Below are positions 29,657 to 41,014 of a DNA stretch of 64,000 bases, in pieces; the first letter of the stretch is position 1, and each line of letters begins with the position of its first letter. This DNA comes from Bacilli bacterium (lineage in GTDB: Bacteria > Bacillota_I > Bacilli_A > RF39 > UBA660): assembly GCA_017484065.1 (NCBI GenBank), contig JAFUTX010000031.1, forward strand, positions 34,581 to 98,580, written 5' to 3'. The notes under the pieces are model-generated. The model saw only the letters and a list, made by a program, of their open reading frames with translations, searched no databases and was not told where the DNA came from. A program made the position numbers and the translations under genes.

Positions 29657-30409
29657 ATGAAAGTATATCTTGATATAGTTATAATACTTAATTTTGTAAT
29701 AGATAGTATGTTACTTTTTACAGTTGCATCTATATTAAAAAGACAAACTAGTATTAAAAGAATAATACTAGCTAGCTTAGTCGGAGAACTATCTATTATT
29801 CATTTATTTATTCATATGAATACTTTTATTTTATTTATATATAAAATGTTAATAAGTTTTATTATGGTAATAGTAGCATTTAAATATGAAGATATTAAAT
29901 TTACTTTAAATAACTATGTATATTTATTTATGACTAGTTTTATTTTGGGAGGTACGTTAACATTTCTTGATAGCGAAGGGATAAGTTACTATATCTTATT
30001 AATATTTATACCAATCGTATTATATGGATATATTAAGACACAAAAGAAAATAACTACTGATTATAGTTTTTATTACAATATAAAAATAGTATTTAATAAT
30101 AATAAAGAAGTGTGTCTAACCGCATTTTTAGATACTGGTAATAAACTAGTAGATCCAATTACTAACGAAGGAATTATTTTAGTAGAAAAAGAAGTATTAG
30201 ATGGTTTAGTAAGAGTAAGAAGTCCTATCTATGTACCATATAATAGCTTAAATAATCATAGTTTACTTAAGTGTATTAAACCAAAGTATATTGAAATAAA
30301 TAATCATAAATTCACTAATTACTTAATAGGTATTAGTGAAGTTAAATTTAATATTGATGGAGTAAAATGTATTTTAAATTATAAGATAATGGAGGATATT
30401 AATGCTTAA
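29657..30409 (+). CDS. spoIIGA: sigma-E processing peptidase SpoIIGA
   Basis: 5 N-terminal TM helices, aspartic protease DTGN motif, followed by sigE. Confidence 0.8.
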   Translation: MKVYLDIVIILNFVIDSMLLFTVASILKRQTSIKRIILASLVGELSIIHLFIHMNTFILFIYKMLISFIMVIVAFKYEDIKFTLNNYVYLFMTSFILGGTLTFLDSEGISYYILLIFIPIVLYGYIKTQKKITTDYSFYYNIKIVFNNNKEVCLTAFLDTGNKLVDPITNEGIILVEKEVLDGLVRVRSPIYVPYNSLNNHSLLKCIKPKYIEINNHKFTNYLIGISEVKFNIDGVKCILNYKIMEDINA

Positions 30410-31082
30410 AAAATTTATAATATGGTTAAAAAGAAAATGCAGTAAATGTTTTTATGTTGGTAGTACAGATAAATTACCACCACCTTTATCCAAAGAAGAA
30501 GAAATGCATTATTTAGTATTAAGTAAAGAAGGAGATAAAGATGCTACTAATAAATTAATTGAACATAATTTAAGATTAGTTGTATTCTTAGCCAAAAAAT
30601 ATGAAGGTACGGGAGAATCTATAGAGGATTTAGTTAGTATTGGTTCAATAGGACTTATTAAAGGAATTAATACTTATAAAATAGATAAGAATATTAAACT
30701 TGCCACTTATGCTTCTCGTTGTATTTCCAATGAAATATTAATGTTTTTAAGAAAAAATAAAAAAAGAAAAATGGAAGTTAGTTTAGAAGATAGCCTAAAT
30801 TATGATAGTGAAGGTAATGAATTAAGATTAGAAGACGTACTTGGTACAGAAGATGATATTGTCCCTAAAGAATTTGAAAATAATATGGATAAAGAAAGAT
30901 TAAAAGAACAAATAAGTAAATTAAATAAAAGAGATAAACAAATTATGATACTTAGATATGGTTTAAATAACGGAGATGAATATACACAAAAAGAAGTAGC
31001 AGAAATGTTAAATATTAGTCAGTCGTATATATCAAGAATAGAAAAGAAAATAATTAGTAATTTACAAGAAACATTAAATTAA
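30402..31082 (+). CDS. sigE: sporulation sigma factor SigE (pro-sigma-E)
   Basis: pro-sequence, sigma-70 regions 2 and 4, follows spoIIGA. Confidence 0.85.
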   Translation: MLKKFIIWLKRKCSKCFYVGSTDKLPPPLSKEEEMHYLVLSKEGDKDATNKLIEHNLRLVVFLAKKYEGTGESIEDLVSIGSIGLIKGINTYKIDKNIKLATYASRCISNEILMFLRKNKKRKMEVSLEDSLNYDSEGNELRLEDVLGTEDDIVPKEFENNMDKERLKEQISKLNKRDKQIMILRYGLNNGDEYTQKEVAEMLNISQSYISRIEKKIISNLQETLN

Positions 31083-31083
31083 A

Positions 31084-31111
31084 AAAGTTCCGATAGTGGA
31101 ACTCTTTTTTT
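31084..31111 (+). terminator. intrinsic terminator after sigE
   Basis: AGTTCC-gatagt-GGAACT plus T8. Confidence 0.65.
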
Positions 31112-31137
31112 AGATGATGCTTAAAAATCAAGTGACT

Positions 31138-31166
31138 TTGTAATTGATGATAATTTATGGTATAAT
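31138..31166 (+). promoter_or_regulatory. sigma-A type promoter TTGTAA-17-TATAAT
   Basis: TG at -14; precedes the S1-domain gene. Confidence 0.45.
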
Positions 31167-31177
31167 TACCTTATTAG

Positions 31178-31519
31178 GTGATTAAAATGATTATTAAAGG
31201 AAGGGTTGTTGGAATTCAAAACTATGGGGTATTCTTAGAATTTGATAATGGTTATACTGGATTACTTCATATATCAAGAATTGGAACTAAATATATTAAA
31301 GATATAAATACTTTATTTAAAAAAAATGATGAAATATATTGTAAGGTAATAGAAGAAGATAAAAAAGAAAAACATTATTTATTAACTACTTTAGACATTG
31401 ATTATCATACTGGAGACAAATTTAAATACTATAATAATGGATTCTATATATTAAAAAAGAATTTACCTAAATGGGTAGAAGATAAAAAGAAAGAATATAA
31501 TATTACTGTAGAAAGTTAA
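31178..31519 (+). CDS. S1 RNA-binding domain protein (YugI-like)
   Basis: S1 domain GRVVGIQNYGVFLEF...GLLHIS. Confidence 0.7.
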   Translation: MIKMIIKGRVVGIQNYGVFLEFDNGYTGLLHISRIGTKYIKDINTLFKKNDEIYCKVIEEDKKEKHYLLTTLDIDYHTGDKFKYYNNGFYILKKNLPKWVEDKKKEYNITVES

Positions 31520-31635
31520 CAAAAATACTACTATTTGACAATTTTTTATAATTTGAATTAAAACTCATTGCAAAGTTAGCTATTATTTGATAAACTTATT
31601 TAGTAGAATAATGAATACTAAAGGAGGATTTAATC

Positions 31636-32034
31636 ATGGCATTTAATAAATTTAAAAAGATGTTTACTGATGAAGATGAAGAGATGGGTGCTGAAGATGA
31701 ATTCTATAATATAAGTGATAACCCATTAGAAGATGCTAGCAAAGTAGGCAATAAAATGATTTTACTAGAACCTAGAGCATATTCTGAGTCTCAACAAATA
31801 GCAGATCATTTAAAAAATCGTAATAGTGTAGTAGTTAACTTAAAAAGAGTTACTTCTGCTCAAGCTAAAAGAATTATTGACTTTTTAAGCGGATGTATTT
31901 ATGCTATTGGTGGAACTATGCAAAAAATAGGTGTTGGAATTTATCTTTGTACACCTAAAAATGTAAATGTTCAAGGTAAAATATCTGATGAAAATGAAAA
32001 AGCAAAAACAAATGAAGAAGATATAGAATGGTAA
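31636..32034 (+). CDS. sepF: cell division protein SepF
   Basis: DUF552 core LLEPRAYSESQQIADHLKNRNSVVVNLKRV. Confidence 0.8.
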   Translation: MAFNKFKKMFTDEDEEMGAEDEFYNISDNPLEDASKVGNKMILLEPRAYSESQQIADHLKNRNSVVVNLKRVTSAQAKRIIDFLSGCIYAIGGTMQKIGVGIYLCTPKNVNVQGKISDENEKAKTNEEDIEW

Positions 32035-32058
32035 GATAATTAGTCTCGAGGTGAGATG

Positions 32059-32484
32059 ATGAAAAGTTTTAATACAAGTAGAAAAGGATATGCTAAAGAA
32101 GAAGTTAATGAATTTGTTAAAGAAGTAACTAAAGAATATGAAAGTATGTTAAACAAATTGAAAGAACGTGATACAGAAATAAATAATCTTAAAGCTTCTT
32201 TACAACAATATAAAAATATTGAAGATTCATTATCTCGAGCTGTTACATTAGCAGAAAATAGTGCGGCAGAGATTAAAAAAGCGGCTAGAGAAGAAGCTAA
32301 AAGCATTGTTGATGATAGTAAGAGACAAGCTTCTCGTATCTTAAATGATGCTCTTATTAAAGCAGATAAAGTAGAACAAGAAGCAGTAATCCTTAAAAGA
32401 AGAGTAGTATCGTTTAAAAAAAGGTTTAAAACAGCTATAGAAGAACAAATAGATTTTGTCGATAATATTCCTGAAAATATATAG
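32059..32484 (+). CDS. DivIVA domain protein
   Basis: DivIVA N-terminal motif FNTSRKGYAKEEVNEFV then coiled coil; ATG at 32059, 4 nt after GAGGTGA. Confidence 0.7.
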   Translation: MKSFNTSRKGYAKEEVNEFVKEVTKEYESMLNKLKERDTEINNLKASLQQYKNIEDSLSRAVTLAENSAAEIKKAAREEAKSIVDDSKRQASRILNDALIKADKVEQEAVILKRRVVSFKKRFKTAIEEQIDFVDNIPENI

Positions 32485-32547
32485 ACTAATAAATGTTTGT
32501 TTATTGGTCATTTTTTGATTAAATATAAAGATAGTTTGGTGGTAAAT

Positions 32548-33339
32548 ATGAAGAAAAGAGTTATAAGTGCAATAATAGCATTACTTATTGTTGTTCCATT
32601 AGTATATTTTGGTGGTAAGCCATATATTATTGGAGTAGGTATTTTAAGTGTATTATGTTTAAAAGAAGTATTTGATTTAAAAGTTAGTCATAAAGAAATA
32701 CCTAACATAGTTAAAATATTAAGTATAGTTTGTATGCTATTACTAGTTTATTCGGAATTTGATGGATATTCATTAATGTATGGTTTAACTTATCGAGGAC
32801 TTGCAATAACCATGTTATCCTTACTAATTCCAACATTGTTTTATAAAAATGAAAAATATACAACAAAAGATGCATTCTTTTTAATCGGCTCTGTTATTTT
32901 TTTAGGATTATTCTTTAATGGCTTAATATTAGTTAGAATAATAGATATTAAATTATTTATATATTTAATACTAATTGCAACTATGACAGATACATTTGCT
33001 TATATAGTTGGATCATTAATTGGTAGAAATAAAATAGTGCCTAGAATTAGTCCAGGGAAAACTTGGGAAGGTAGTATAGGGGGTTCCTTACTTGGTAGTT
33101 TTATTGCCATAAGTTACTATAGTATAGCTATATCATCAATTAGTTTTAAATTACTAGTTATAACAGTTGTTTTATCAATAATAGGCCAACTAGGGGATTT
33201 ATTATTTAGTAAGATTAAAAGAGAAAATAAAATTAAAGACTTTTCAAATATTATGCCTGGACATGGTGGTATTTTAGATAGATTAGATAGCATATCATTT
33301 ATTGTATTATCTTATTTAATTATATATTCTTTAATATAG
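32548..33339 (+). CDS. cdsA: phosphatidate cytidylyltransferase
   Basis: multi-TM protein with CdsA C-terminal signature (GKTWEG...PGHGGILDRLDS). Confidence 0.8.
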   Translation: MKKRVISAIIALLIVVPLVYFGGKPYIIGVGILSVLCLKEVFDLKVSHKEIPNIVKILSIVCMLLLVYSEFDGYSLMYGLTYRGLAITMLSLLIPTLFYKNEKYTTKDAFFLIGSVIFLGLFFNGLILVRIIDIKLFIYLILIATMTDTFAYIVGSLIGRNKIVPRISPGKTWEGSIGGSLLGSFIAISYYSIAISSISFKLLVITVVLSIIGQLGDLLFSKIKRENKIKDFSNIMPGHGGILDRLDSISFIVLSYLIIYSLI

Positions 33340-33351
33340 GAGGAAAATAAA

Positions 33352-34407
33352 TTGGACATAATTGTTAATATTTTATTATTAATTCTAATATTAGGTATTA
33401 TTATTTTGATTCATGAATTTGGCCATTTTATTTGGGCCAAGAAATTTGGTGTGTATATTTATGAATTCTCTTTAGGTATGGGGCCAGTAGTTTATTCTAA
33501 AAAAGGAAAAGATGGAATAGATTATAATATTCGTGCTTTACCTATTGGTGGATTTGTGCAAATGGCTGGAGAAGTTTATGAAGATGATAAAAAGGTTAAA
33601 AAAGAAAAATTTATGTGTAATAAGCCTTGGTATCAAAGAATTATTATTGTTGTAGCAGGAGTTGTTAACAACTTTATACTTGCTATTGGCTTACTATTTA
33701 TAATTGCTCTTATTTGGGGAGCACCTAAACAATCAATGGTTATTAGTGATGTAGTTGCAGATTCAGCATTTAGTGAAGCGGGGATAGTAGCAGGAGATAG
33801 AATTTTAGAAATAAATAATCATAGTGTTAGTAACTTTGATAAAGCTCAAATTCTTTTATATATGAAGAGTAAGAATAATAATTATGAATTTGTTGTAGAA
33901 AAAACAAATGGTGATAAAAAAACATATAATATTACACCACATATAAAGAAAGATAAAGATGGTAATGAAACTAAAACTTTTGGTTTTCAAGTAGAATCTA
34001 CTAAAGAAAAAGGAATAATAGCAAGTATTAAATTTGCATTTAAAAAGTTTTGGAGTTTAATTGAAACAATGTGGTTAACTATTAGTGGTTTAGTTACAGG
34101 TAAACTTTCAGTTAAATCATTATCAGGTCCTGTTGGTATATATCAAATAGTTGGCGAAACTAAAAAGAGTGGAATTGAAAATATCATTTATTTAATTGCA
34201 TTATTAAGTGTTAATGTTGGTTTTATTAACATTTTACCATTCCCAGCTTTTGATGGTGGTAGAGCCTTATTTATGTTAATTGAAAAGATTAAAGGTAGTC
34301 CAATTAATAGTAAGATAGAAAACACTATTCATACTATTGGATTTATTCTACTAATGATTTTAATGATTTTTATAACTGGACAGGATATATTGCGAATATT
34401 TAAGTAG
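33352..34407 (+). CDS. rseP: RIP site-2 metalloprotease RseP/RasP
   Basis: HEFGHF zinc motif, PDZ, LDG motif; TTG start with GGAGGA 8 nt upstream. Confidence 0.85.
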   Translation: MDIIVNILLLILILGIIILIHEFGHFIWAKKFGVYIYEFSLGMGPVVYSKKGKDGIDYNIRALPIGGFVQMAGEVYEDDKKVKKEKFMCNKPWYQRIIIVVAGVVNNFILAIGLLFIIALIWGAPKQSMVISDVVADSAFSEAGIVAGDRILEINNHSVSNFDKAQILLYMKSKNNNYEFVVEKTNGDKKTYNITPHIKKDKDGNETKTFGFQVESTKEKGIIASIKFAFKKFWSLIETMWLTISGLVTGKLSVKSLSGPVGIYQIVGETKKSGIENIIYLIALLSVNVGFINILPFPAFDGGRALFMLIEKIKGSPINSKIENTIHTIGFILLMILMIFITGQDILRIFK

Positions 34408-34489
34408 ATAATTAATTTGATTATCTATTTTTTTAATCTTTTATTTTGATTTATTTCTTGATATAATTGTATAGTCAGGATGTGATGTG

Positions 34490-35677
34490 ATGGCAACAAC
34501 AAAAAAAAGAAATGTTAGTAAATCTCCTAGTAATAAGAAGAAACAAAGTACTAAGGTAAATAGTACTAAAAAAAGGAATACTAATCCTAAAAAAACAGTT
34601 AAAAATAGTAATGTGTCGAAAGCAAGAAAAAGTAATCAACAAAAGAAAAGTAATTCAGAGAGTATTAAAAATCCAGAAATTAAAATAGAGAAAAAGATAG
34701 AAAATGTTTCAATAGATAATAAGAAAAAAAGTCATCCATCTGTTTATGTCTTATTGGTATTATTAATAGTTATAGTTTTGTTAGGTATGCAAGTAATCAT
34801 TCTCATTAAAGAAAGTGTTGCTTTTAATTATAATAAAGTAGTAGAGGCAGAACCAATTATGTCAGATAATAAAATATATGATTATAATTATTGTATTAAT
34901 GAATTTAGTAATAATTTAAGTGATAATATTAATAATAAAATAAATGAGATTAATGAATATATAAAAAAATATAATGTGTATGTTAAATATGAAGATTTAA
35001 AAACTGGATTTAGTTATGGATATAGGGAAGATGAGCCTTTATATGGGGCAAGTCTAATTAAACTAGTTGATGCTTTATATTTAATAGATAAGGATATAGA
35101 TTTAAACGATACAATAAAATATACTAACAATTATCGTCGAGCTGGTAGTGTTAATATGAATGATGAAAAAATCAATTCTTTGATAAGTTTAAAAAAATTA
35201 ATGGAATATTCTATAACATTAAGTGATAATACTGCACATATAATGTTAATAGATTATATTGGTAAAAATAATCTAAAAGAATATGGTCATAGTTTAGGAG
35301 CAATTAATATATTGAATAGCTCAGATGAATTTGGTAGTCAATCTGCTAGTGATATGATCATTTATTTAAAAAAAGCTTATGAGTTAAGTGAAAAAGAAAA
35401 TGGTAAATTACTAATTGATTATATGAAAAATTATTATCAAAATAATCTATATTTAAGTGCTGTAAATAATGTGGCTCATAAATACGGGGCATATAATGAG
35501 TATTATCATGATGTAGGCATTGTATATGATTTTAATCCATATGTAATTGCCGTTCTTACTAAAGAGGGAAATAATGGTAATGTTATTAAAGAAATACATC
35601 AAAAAATATATGAATTACATCAGTTATATTATCAAGAAATGATGGACATTTGTAATAATAAAGTATATAATGGCTAG
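34490..35677 (+). CDS. membrane-anchored class-A beta-lactamase-like serine hydrolase with Lys-rich N-terminal tail
   Basis: SxxK (ASLIK), SDN motif, one TM after an ~80-aa basic region. Confidence 0.5.
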   Translation: MATTKKRNVSKSPSNKKKQSTKVNSTKKRNTNPKKTVKNSNVSKARKSNQQKKSNSESIKNPEIKIEKKIENVSIDNKKKSHPSVYVLLVLLIVIVLLGMQVIILIKESVAFNYNKVVEAEPIMSDNKIYDYNYCINEFSNNLSDNINNKINEINEYIKKYNVYVKYEDLKTGFSYGYREDEPLYGASLIKLVDALYLIDKDIDLNDTIKYTNNYRRAGSVNMNDEKINSLISLKKLMEYSITLSDNTAHIMLIDYIGKNNLKEYGHSLGAINILNSSDEFGSQSASDMIIYLKKAYELSEKENGKLLIDYMKNYYQNNLYLSAVNNVAHKYGAYNEYYHDVGIVYDFNPYVIAVLTKEGNNGNVIKEIHQKIYELHQLYYQEMMDICNNKVYNG

Positions 35678-35695
35678 AGTGGTAGGTGAAGTATT

Positions 35696-37018
35696 GTGAA
35701 AAAGAATAAAAAGACTAAGTTGGAAAAGAAAAAAGAAAAATTAGAAAATAAGTTAAGAGTAAAAGAAAATGAGATATTAAAATCTAAAAAAATAATTATA
35801 TTATCATTAATAACAATTCCATTTTTATTTGTATTATTTGTTATTTCAAGACATAGCAATAGATTGGTTACTAAACCATTAGCAATAATTGTAACTATCT
35901 TACTTATTATGTTTTTAATATGTTTATTATATGGAATATATAAGTATATTAAAGAGTTTAAACATCATAAAATGAAATACATTCAAAGTAAAATAAAAAA
36001 AGTATTATTAACAATCTTTTTGATAGTTTATATTTCAGGATGTACAACATTTTTAATATTATTATACTCTCCATATGAAGCGTTCCGTAATTGGCTTATT
36101 ACAACTGCGATGCAAACAATGACACATAAGTATTTATGTCAATGGTTCTATAGTGATGAAGAAATAAATAAAGTAATGAGTAATAACTATATTATTGAAT
36201 CTGAGGAAGATACTAATTTGGATTTAATTAATAAAGAAGAGGAAGTTACATATGCAAATGAATATGAAAAAACAGTATTGCAAAGGGATAAAGATGCTAC
36301 ATATAAAATGGTTAAATTTGAAGTAAATGGATGTAATGCTTATTTGGCGATAGTTTATGATCCAGCTGATGTAAGTGTGGCTGTATCTAAGTATGTTCAT
36401 AAATCTGGTCAATATGTAGTAGATATGGCAAAAGAGAATAATGCTGTAGTAGCCATTAATGGTGGAGGATTTGTTGATCCAAACTATAATGGTTCAGGTG
36501 GTAATCCAATTGGTGTTACATATTCTAATGGTAAATTAATAACTAATAATACTTATGGTATGAGTGGAACTGGAGGTATGATTGGATTTACTAGTGATAA
36601 TAAACTTGTATTAAAAAGACAAGCTACTGCAGCACAAGCAGAGGCTTTAGGTGTTAGAGATTCTGTAAGTCATGGACCATTTTTAATTGTTAATGGTAAA
36701 CCTGCCTTCATTAAAGGTAATGGTGGTTGGGGTTATGCAGCTAGAAGTGCTATAGGCCAAAGAGCTGATGGTATTGTATTATTGTTAGTTGTTGATAGTA
36801 ATGCAACTCGTACTAAGGGTGCGGATATGGTTAATTTAACTGAAATAATGCAAAATTATGGAGCAGTAAATGCAGCTAATTTAGATGGTGGTACATCTAG
36901 TGTAATGGTTGAAAATGGCGAACTTATTAGTAATCCTATAGATGGAGCCCTAAGACATAGAACAAGACCTATAGCAACATCTATAATAGTAAAAGAACAT
37001 AAGAAACAGGTGGAATAA
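35696..37018 (+). CDS. phosphodiester glycosidase (NAGPA-like) family membrane protein
   Basis: C-terminal NLDGGTSS motif typical of PF09992; GTG start. Confidence 0.65.
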   Translation: MKKNKKTKLEKKKEKLENKLRVKENEILKSKKIIILSLITIPFLFVLFVISRHSNRLVTKPLAIIVTILLIMFLICLLYGIYKYIKEFKHHKMKYIQSKIKKVLLTIFLIVYISGCTTFLILLYSPYEAFRNWLITTAMQTMTHKYLCQWFYSDEEINKVMSNNYIIESEEDTNLDLINKEEEVTYANEYEKTVLQRDKDATYKMVKFEVNGCNAYLAIVYDPADVSVAVSKYVHKSGQYVVDMAKENNAVVAINGGGFVDPNYNGSGGNPIGVTYSNGKLITNNTYGMSGTGGMIGFTSDNKLVLKRQATAAQAEALGVRDSVSHGPFLIVNGKPAFIKGNGGWGYAARSAIGQRADGIVLLLVVDSNATRTKGADMVNLTEIMQNYGAVNAANLDGGTSSVMVENGELISNPIDGALRHRTRPIATSIIVKEHKKQVE

Positions 37019-37956
37019 TGGCATATATACTCTTAGTAGTAGGTTTCATTTTATTAATTAAAGGTGCAGACTTTTTTGTAGATGGAAGTTCTAGTATTGC
37101 AAAAGTACTAGGTGTTCCTTCTTTAATTATTGGTTTAACTATAGTAGCTTTTGGAACAAGTGCTCCAGAAGCTTCTGTTAGTATTTCAGCAGCACTTCAT
37201 AACAGTAATGAAATAGCTATTGGTAATGTAGTAGGGTCAAATATATGTAATTTATTATTAGTATTAGGCGTAAGTTCAATATTTGGTGAGATTACTACAT
37301 CTAGAAAAGTAGTTTATAAAGATTATTTATATTCAATATTAGCTTCACTTGTATTATGTGCATTAGTTATAGTTCCTTTTATGAATAAAGCAAAATCAGT
37401 TAATATTGGTTTTAAAGGAGGAATTGTTCTTTTAATTTTATTGGCTATTTATTTAATAATGTTGCTAAAAGAAGGATTAAGTAAAGAAAAACTAACTAAA
37501 AATAAAGAAAAATTTAAAATTAAATATATATTATTTTTTGTAGTTGGTTTAATTGGTGTAATATTTGGTGGAAATGTAGTTGTTGAAAATGCTACTAAAA
37601 TAGCTCAAGATTTAGGGCTAAGTGAGCATTTTATTGGGTTAACAGTAATAGCTATTGGTACCAGTTTACCAGAATTAGTTACTAGTGTAGTAGCAGCTAA
37701 AAAGGGTGAAGATGATATAGCAATTGGTAATGTAATAGGATCTAATATATTTAATATATTATTTATTTTAGGAGCATCAGCTGCTATTAGTCCTCTTACT
37801 ATGAGTTTATCAGTATTTAAGGCATTAATATTCTTAATAATTGTTAACATATTAGTATTCTTTGTATTGAGAAGCAAATATTCTTTAGTAAGAAGAGAAG
37901 GTATAATAATGTTTATACTTTATATTCTATATACTGTATATTTGATTTATAATTAG
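37018..37956 (+). CDS. CaCA family cation/calcium antiporter (YrbG-like)
   Basis: duplicated alpha-repeats GTSAPE and GTSLPE. Confidence 0.8.
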   Translation: MAYILLVVGFILLIKGADFFVDGSSSIAKVLGVPSLIIGLTIVAFGTSAPEASVSISAALHNSNEIAIGNVVGSNICNLLLVLGVSSIFGEITTSRKVVYKDYLYSILASLVLCALVIVPFMNKAKSVNIGFKGGIVLLILLAIYLIMLLKEGLSKEKLTKNKEKFKIKYILFFVVGLIGVIFGGNVVVENATKIAQDLGLSEHFIGLTVIAIGTSLPELVTSVVAAKKGEDDIAIGNVIGSNIFNILFILGASAAISPLTMSLSVFKALIFLIIVNILVFFVLRSKYSLVRREGIIMFILYILYTVYLIYN

Positions 37957-37963
37957 AAATTAT

Positions 37964-37992
37964 TTGACATTCAGCTGATATTATAATATAAT
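37964..37992 (+). promoter_or_regulatory. consensus sigma-A promoter TTGACA-17-TATAAT for rpsO
   Basis: exact consensus hexamers. Confidence 0.6.
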
Positions 37993-38077
37993 CTACATTG
38001 AAGTTTTTACTTTGTTGTAACTTTCTCCAAATTACTACAAGGTTTAAACCGATTAATATTTATAAGGAGGAAATATA

Positions 38078-38347
38078 ATGGATATTACAAAGATGACAAC
38101 TGCTGAGATCATTAAAGAATTCGGTGAAAATGAAACTGATAGTGGATCTTCAAGTGTTCAAATAGCTCTTTTAACAAAAAGAATTAATATCTTAACTGAT
38201 CACTTAAAAGAACACATTCATGATTTTCATTCTAAACGTGGATTATTAATGATGGTAGGTAAAAGAAGAAAATTATTAAATTACTTAAAAAATAATGATG
38301 TTGTTAAATATCGTGAAGTAATTAAAAAATTAAATTTAAGAAAATAG
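38078..38347 (+). CDS. rpsO: 30S ribosomal protein S15
   Basis: full-length S15. Confidence 0.95.
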   Translation: MDITKMTTAEIIKEFGENETDSGSSSVQIALLTKRINILTDHLKEHIHDFHSKRGLLMMVGKRRKLLNYLKNNDVVKYREVIKKLNLRK

Positions 38348-38397
38348 GCACTGTACTTTTTAGTGTCTATTTTTTTATTAATAAAAAGGAGTAATAT

Positions 38398-40584
38398 ATG
38401 AAAAAAGTTTATGAATTAGATTTTTTAGGGAGAAAATTAGTTGTTGAAACAGGAGAACTTGCTAAACAAGCAAATGGTTCTGTATTAGTTAGATATGGCG
38501 ATACTGTAATATTATCAGTATGTGTAATGGGGAAAAATCAAGTAACTCAAGATTTCTTTCCATTACAAGTTCTATATCAAGAAAAATTATATTCTGTAGG
38601 TAAAATACCTGGTGGGTTTATTAAAAGAGAAGGTCGTCCTAGTGATGAAGCAACACTTGCTGCAAGAATTATTGATAGACCAATAAGACCAATGTTTGAT
38701 GAAAATTTACGTAATGAAATTCAAGTAGTTAATACTGTATTAAGTGTTGATCAAGACAATAGTCCAGTTATGGCAGCGTTATTTGGTTCTTCTTTATGTT
38801 TAGGAATAAGTGAAATACCTTTTGATGGTCCAGTTAGTGGTGTAGTAGTAGGTAAAATAGGTAAAGAATTTATTATTAATCCAACTGCAGAACAAATGGA
38901 AGAAAGCGAGCTTAATTTAACAGTAGCAGGTACTAAAGATGCTATATGTATGGTTGAAGCTGGTGCTAGTGAGTTAAGCGAAAAGGAAATGTTAGATGCT
39001 ATTATGTTTGGTCACGAACATATTAAAATGTTATGTGAATTCCAACAACAAATAATAGATGAAATAGGTAAAGAAAAAGTTGAACTTCCTCTCGCTGAAT
39101 TAGATCCTGATTTAAAAAAAGAAGTAGAAGAATTTGCAACTGAAAAAATGTTAGAAGCAATCCAAATTAAAGATAAATTAGCGAAGTATGCCAAAATTGA
39201 TGAAGTTAAGGAAGAAACTTTAGCAGAATTTACTGAAAGATATGCGAGTGACGAAGAATTAGAAGAAGTAATTAAACAAGTACAAAAGATTGTTAATTTA
39301 ATTGAAGGTAACGAAGTTAGAAAATTAATTACTGATAAAAAAATTCGTCCAGATGGTAGAAAAATGGATGAAATAAGAGATTTAAGTGCTATGATTGATA
39401 TCCTACCAAGAACTCATGGTTCAGCTGTATTTACTAGAGGAGAAACTCAAAGTTTAGCAACAACTACTTTAGGAGCTATTGGTGAACATCAAATACTAGA
39501 TGGTTTAGGCTTAGAAGATGCTAAGAGATTTATGTTACATTATAACTTTCCAGCATTTTCAGTAGGAGAAACTGGTCGTTATGGTTCGCCTGGAAGAAGA
39601 GAAATTGGTCATGGAGCTTTAGGTGAAAGAGCCTTAGCTCAAGTTATTCCTAGTGAAGAAGAATTCCCTTATACTATCAGAGTAGTTAGTGAAATATTAG
39701 AAAGTAATGGTAGTAGTAGCCAAGCTACAATTTGTGCTGGATGTTTAAGTTTAATGGCAGCAGGTGTACCTATTAAGGCACCAGTAGCAGGTATTGCTAT
39801 GGGATTAATTCAAAATGGGAAAAAATATACTATACTAACTGATATTCAAGGTTTAGAAGATCATATGGGAGATATGGACTTTAAAGTAGCAGGAACAACC
39901 AAAGGTATTTGTGCTTTACAAATGGATATAAAAATAAAAGGTGTTACTAAAGCTATATTAAAGGAAGCTTTAGCTCAAGCTAAAAAAGCTCGTTTAGAGA
40001 TTCTAGATGTTATGACTGATGTAATTGAAAAGCCAAGAAAAGAGTTAAGCCCTTATGCACCTAAGATTGATACATTTATGATTAATCCAGAAAAGATTAA
40101 AGATGTAATTGGTCGTGGTGGAGAAATGATTACAAAAATTATCTTAGAAGCAAGTAATGTTAAAACAGTTAATGATAAAGATGCTGTTAAAGTTGACTTA
40201 GAAGATGATGGTAGAGTAATTATTTATCATACAGATGCTAATATTATTGCTAAAACACGTAAAATGATAGAAGATGTAGTTAAAGAAGTAGAAGTAGATA
40301 AAATTTATACAGGTAAAGTTGTAAAAGTAGAAGACTTTGGCGTATTTGTAGAGTTATGGCCTGGATGTGAAGGACTTGTTCATGTATCACAACTTGCCCA
40401 TGAAAGAGTTGATAAGCCAAAAGATATAGTTAGTGTTGGTGATGAAATTATAGTTAAAGCTACTGGCTATGATAATCGTGGTAGATTAAATCTATCTCGT
40501 AAAGATGCTTTACCTAAAAAAGATAAAAAAGATTACAAAGATAAAGATAAAGACAAAAAGGATAAACATAAACATAGGGATTAG
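38398..40584 (+). CDS. pnp: polynucleotide phosphorylase
   Basis: two RNase PH domains, KH, S1; Lys/Asp-rich tail. Confidence 0.95.
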   Translation: MKKVYELDFLGRKLVVETGELAKQANGSVLVRYGDTVILSVCVMGKNQVTQDFFPLQVLYQEKLYSVGKIPGGFIKREGRPSDEATLAARIIDRPIRPMFDENLRNEIQVVNTVLSVDQDNSPVMAALFGSSLCLGISEIPFDGPVSGVVVGKIGKEFIINPTAEQMEESELNLTVAGTKDAICMVEAGASELSEKEMLDAIMFGHEHIKMLCEFQQQIIDEIGKEKVELPLAELDPDLKKEVEEFATEKMLEAIQIKDKLAKYAKIDEVKEETLAEFTERYASDEELEEVIKQVQKIVNLIEGNEVRKLITDKKIRPDGRKMDEIRDLSAMIDILPRTHGSAVFTRGETQSLATTTLGAIGEHQILDGLGLEDAKRFMLHYNFPAFSVGETGRYGSPGRREIGHGALGERALAQVIPSEEEFPYTIRVVSEILESNGSSSQATICAGCLSLMAAGVPIKAPVAGIAMGLIQNGKKYTILTDIQGLEDHMGDMDFKVAGTTKGICALQMDIKIKGVTKAILKEALAQAKKARLEILDVMTDVIEKPRKELSPYAPKIDTFMINPEKIKDVIGRGGEMITKIILEASNVKTVNDKDAVKVDLEDDGRVIIYHTDANIIAKTRKMIEDVVKEVEVDKIYTGKVVKVEDFGVFVELWPGCEGLVHVSQLAHERVDKPKDIVSVGDEIIVKATGYDNRGRLNLSRKDALPKKDKKDYKDKDKDKKDKHKHRD

Positions 40585-40587
40585 AAA

Positions 40588-41001
40588 ATGAATAAAAAAA
40601 GTTTATTAGCTATAGAAAGAGTTATTACTTGTATAAATGAATTAACTATATTAACCAAAGATAAAAAAGCTGAATATTTCTTTGATAGTTGGACAATAAA
40701 TGCTTTAATAGATTTGATTTATGAGGTAGAAGATAATTTAGATAAAGTTAGTATTAAAATAAAAGAAAAATATCCTGATATTAAATGGGATATTATTAAC
40801 AAAAGTAAAGAATATGATAAAATATTTGGTGAATCTACAGATATGAATCTTGGAAAAGTGTGGTTACTTGCTAGTGAATCTTTAAGAAAAGAAATCCTGT
40901 ATGATTTAGAAGAAGTATTAAATAATGAATTATTAGATTATTATACTGAACTTTGTAATAATGAACATGAAAAAGCTATAAAAGAAAAGGCATTATCATA
41001 A
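40588..41001 (+). CDS. hypothetical protein, weak DUF86/HepT-like pattern without the RxxxxH motif
   Basis: KYPDIKWDII and VWLLASESL resemble DUF86 helices. Confidence 0.35.
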   Translation: MNKKSLLAIERVITCINELTILTKDKKAEYFFDSWTINALIDLIYEVEDNLDKVSIKIKEKYPDIKWDIINKSKEYDKIFGESTDMNLGKVWLLASESLRKEILYDLEEVLNNELLDYYTELCNNEHEKAIKEKALS

Positions 41002-41014
41002 TTGATAATGTCTT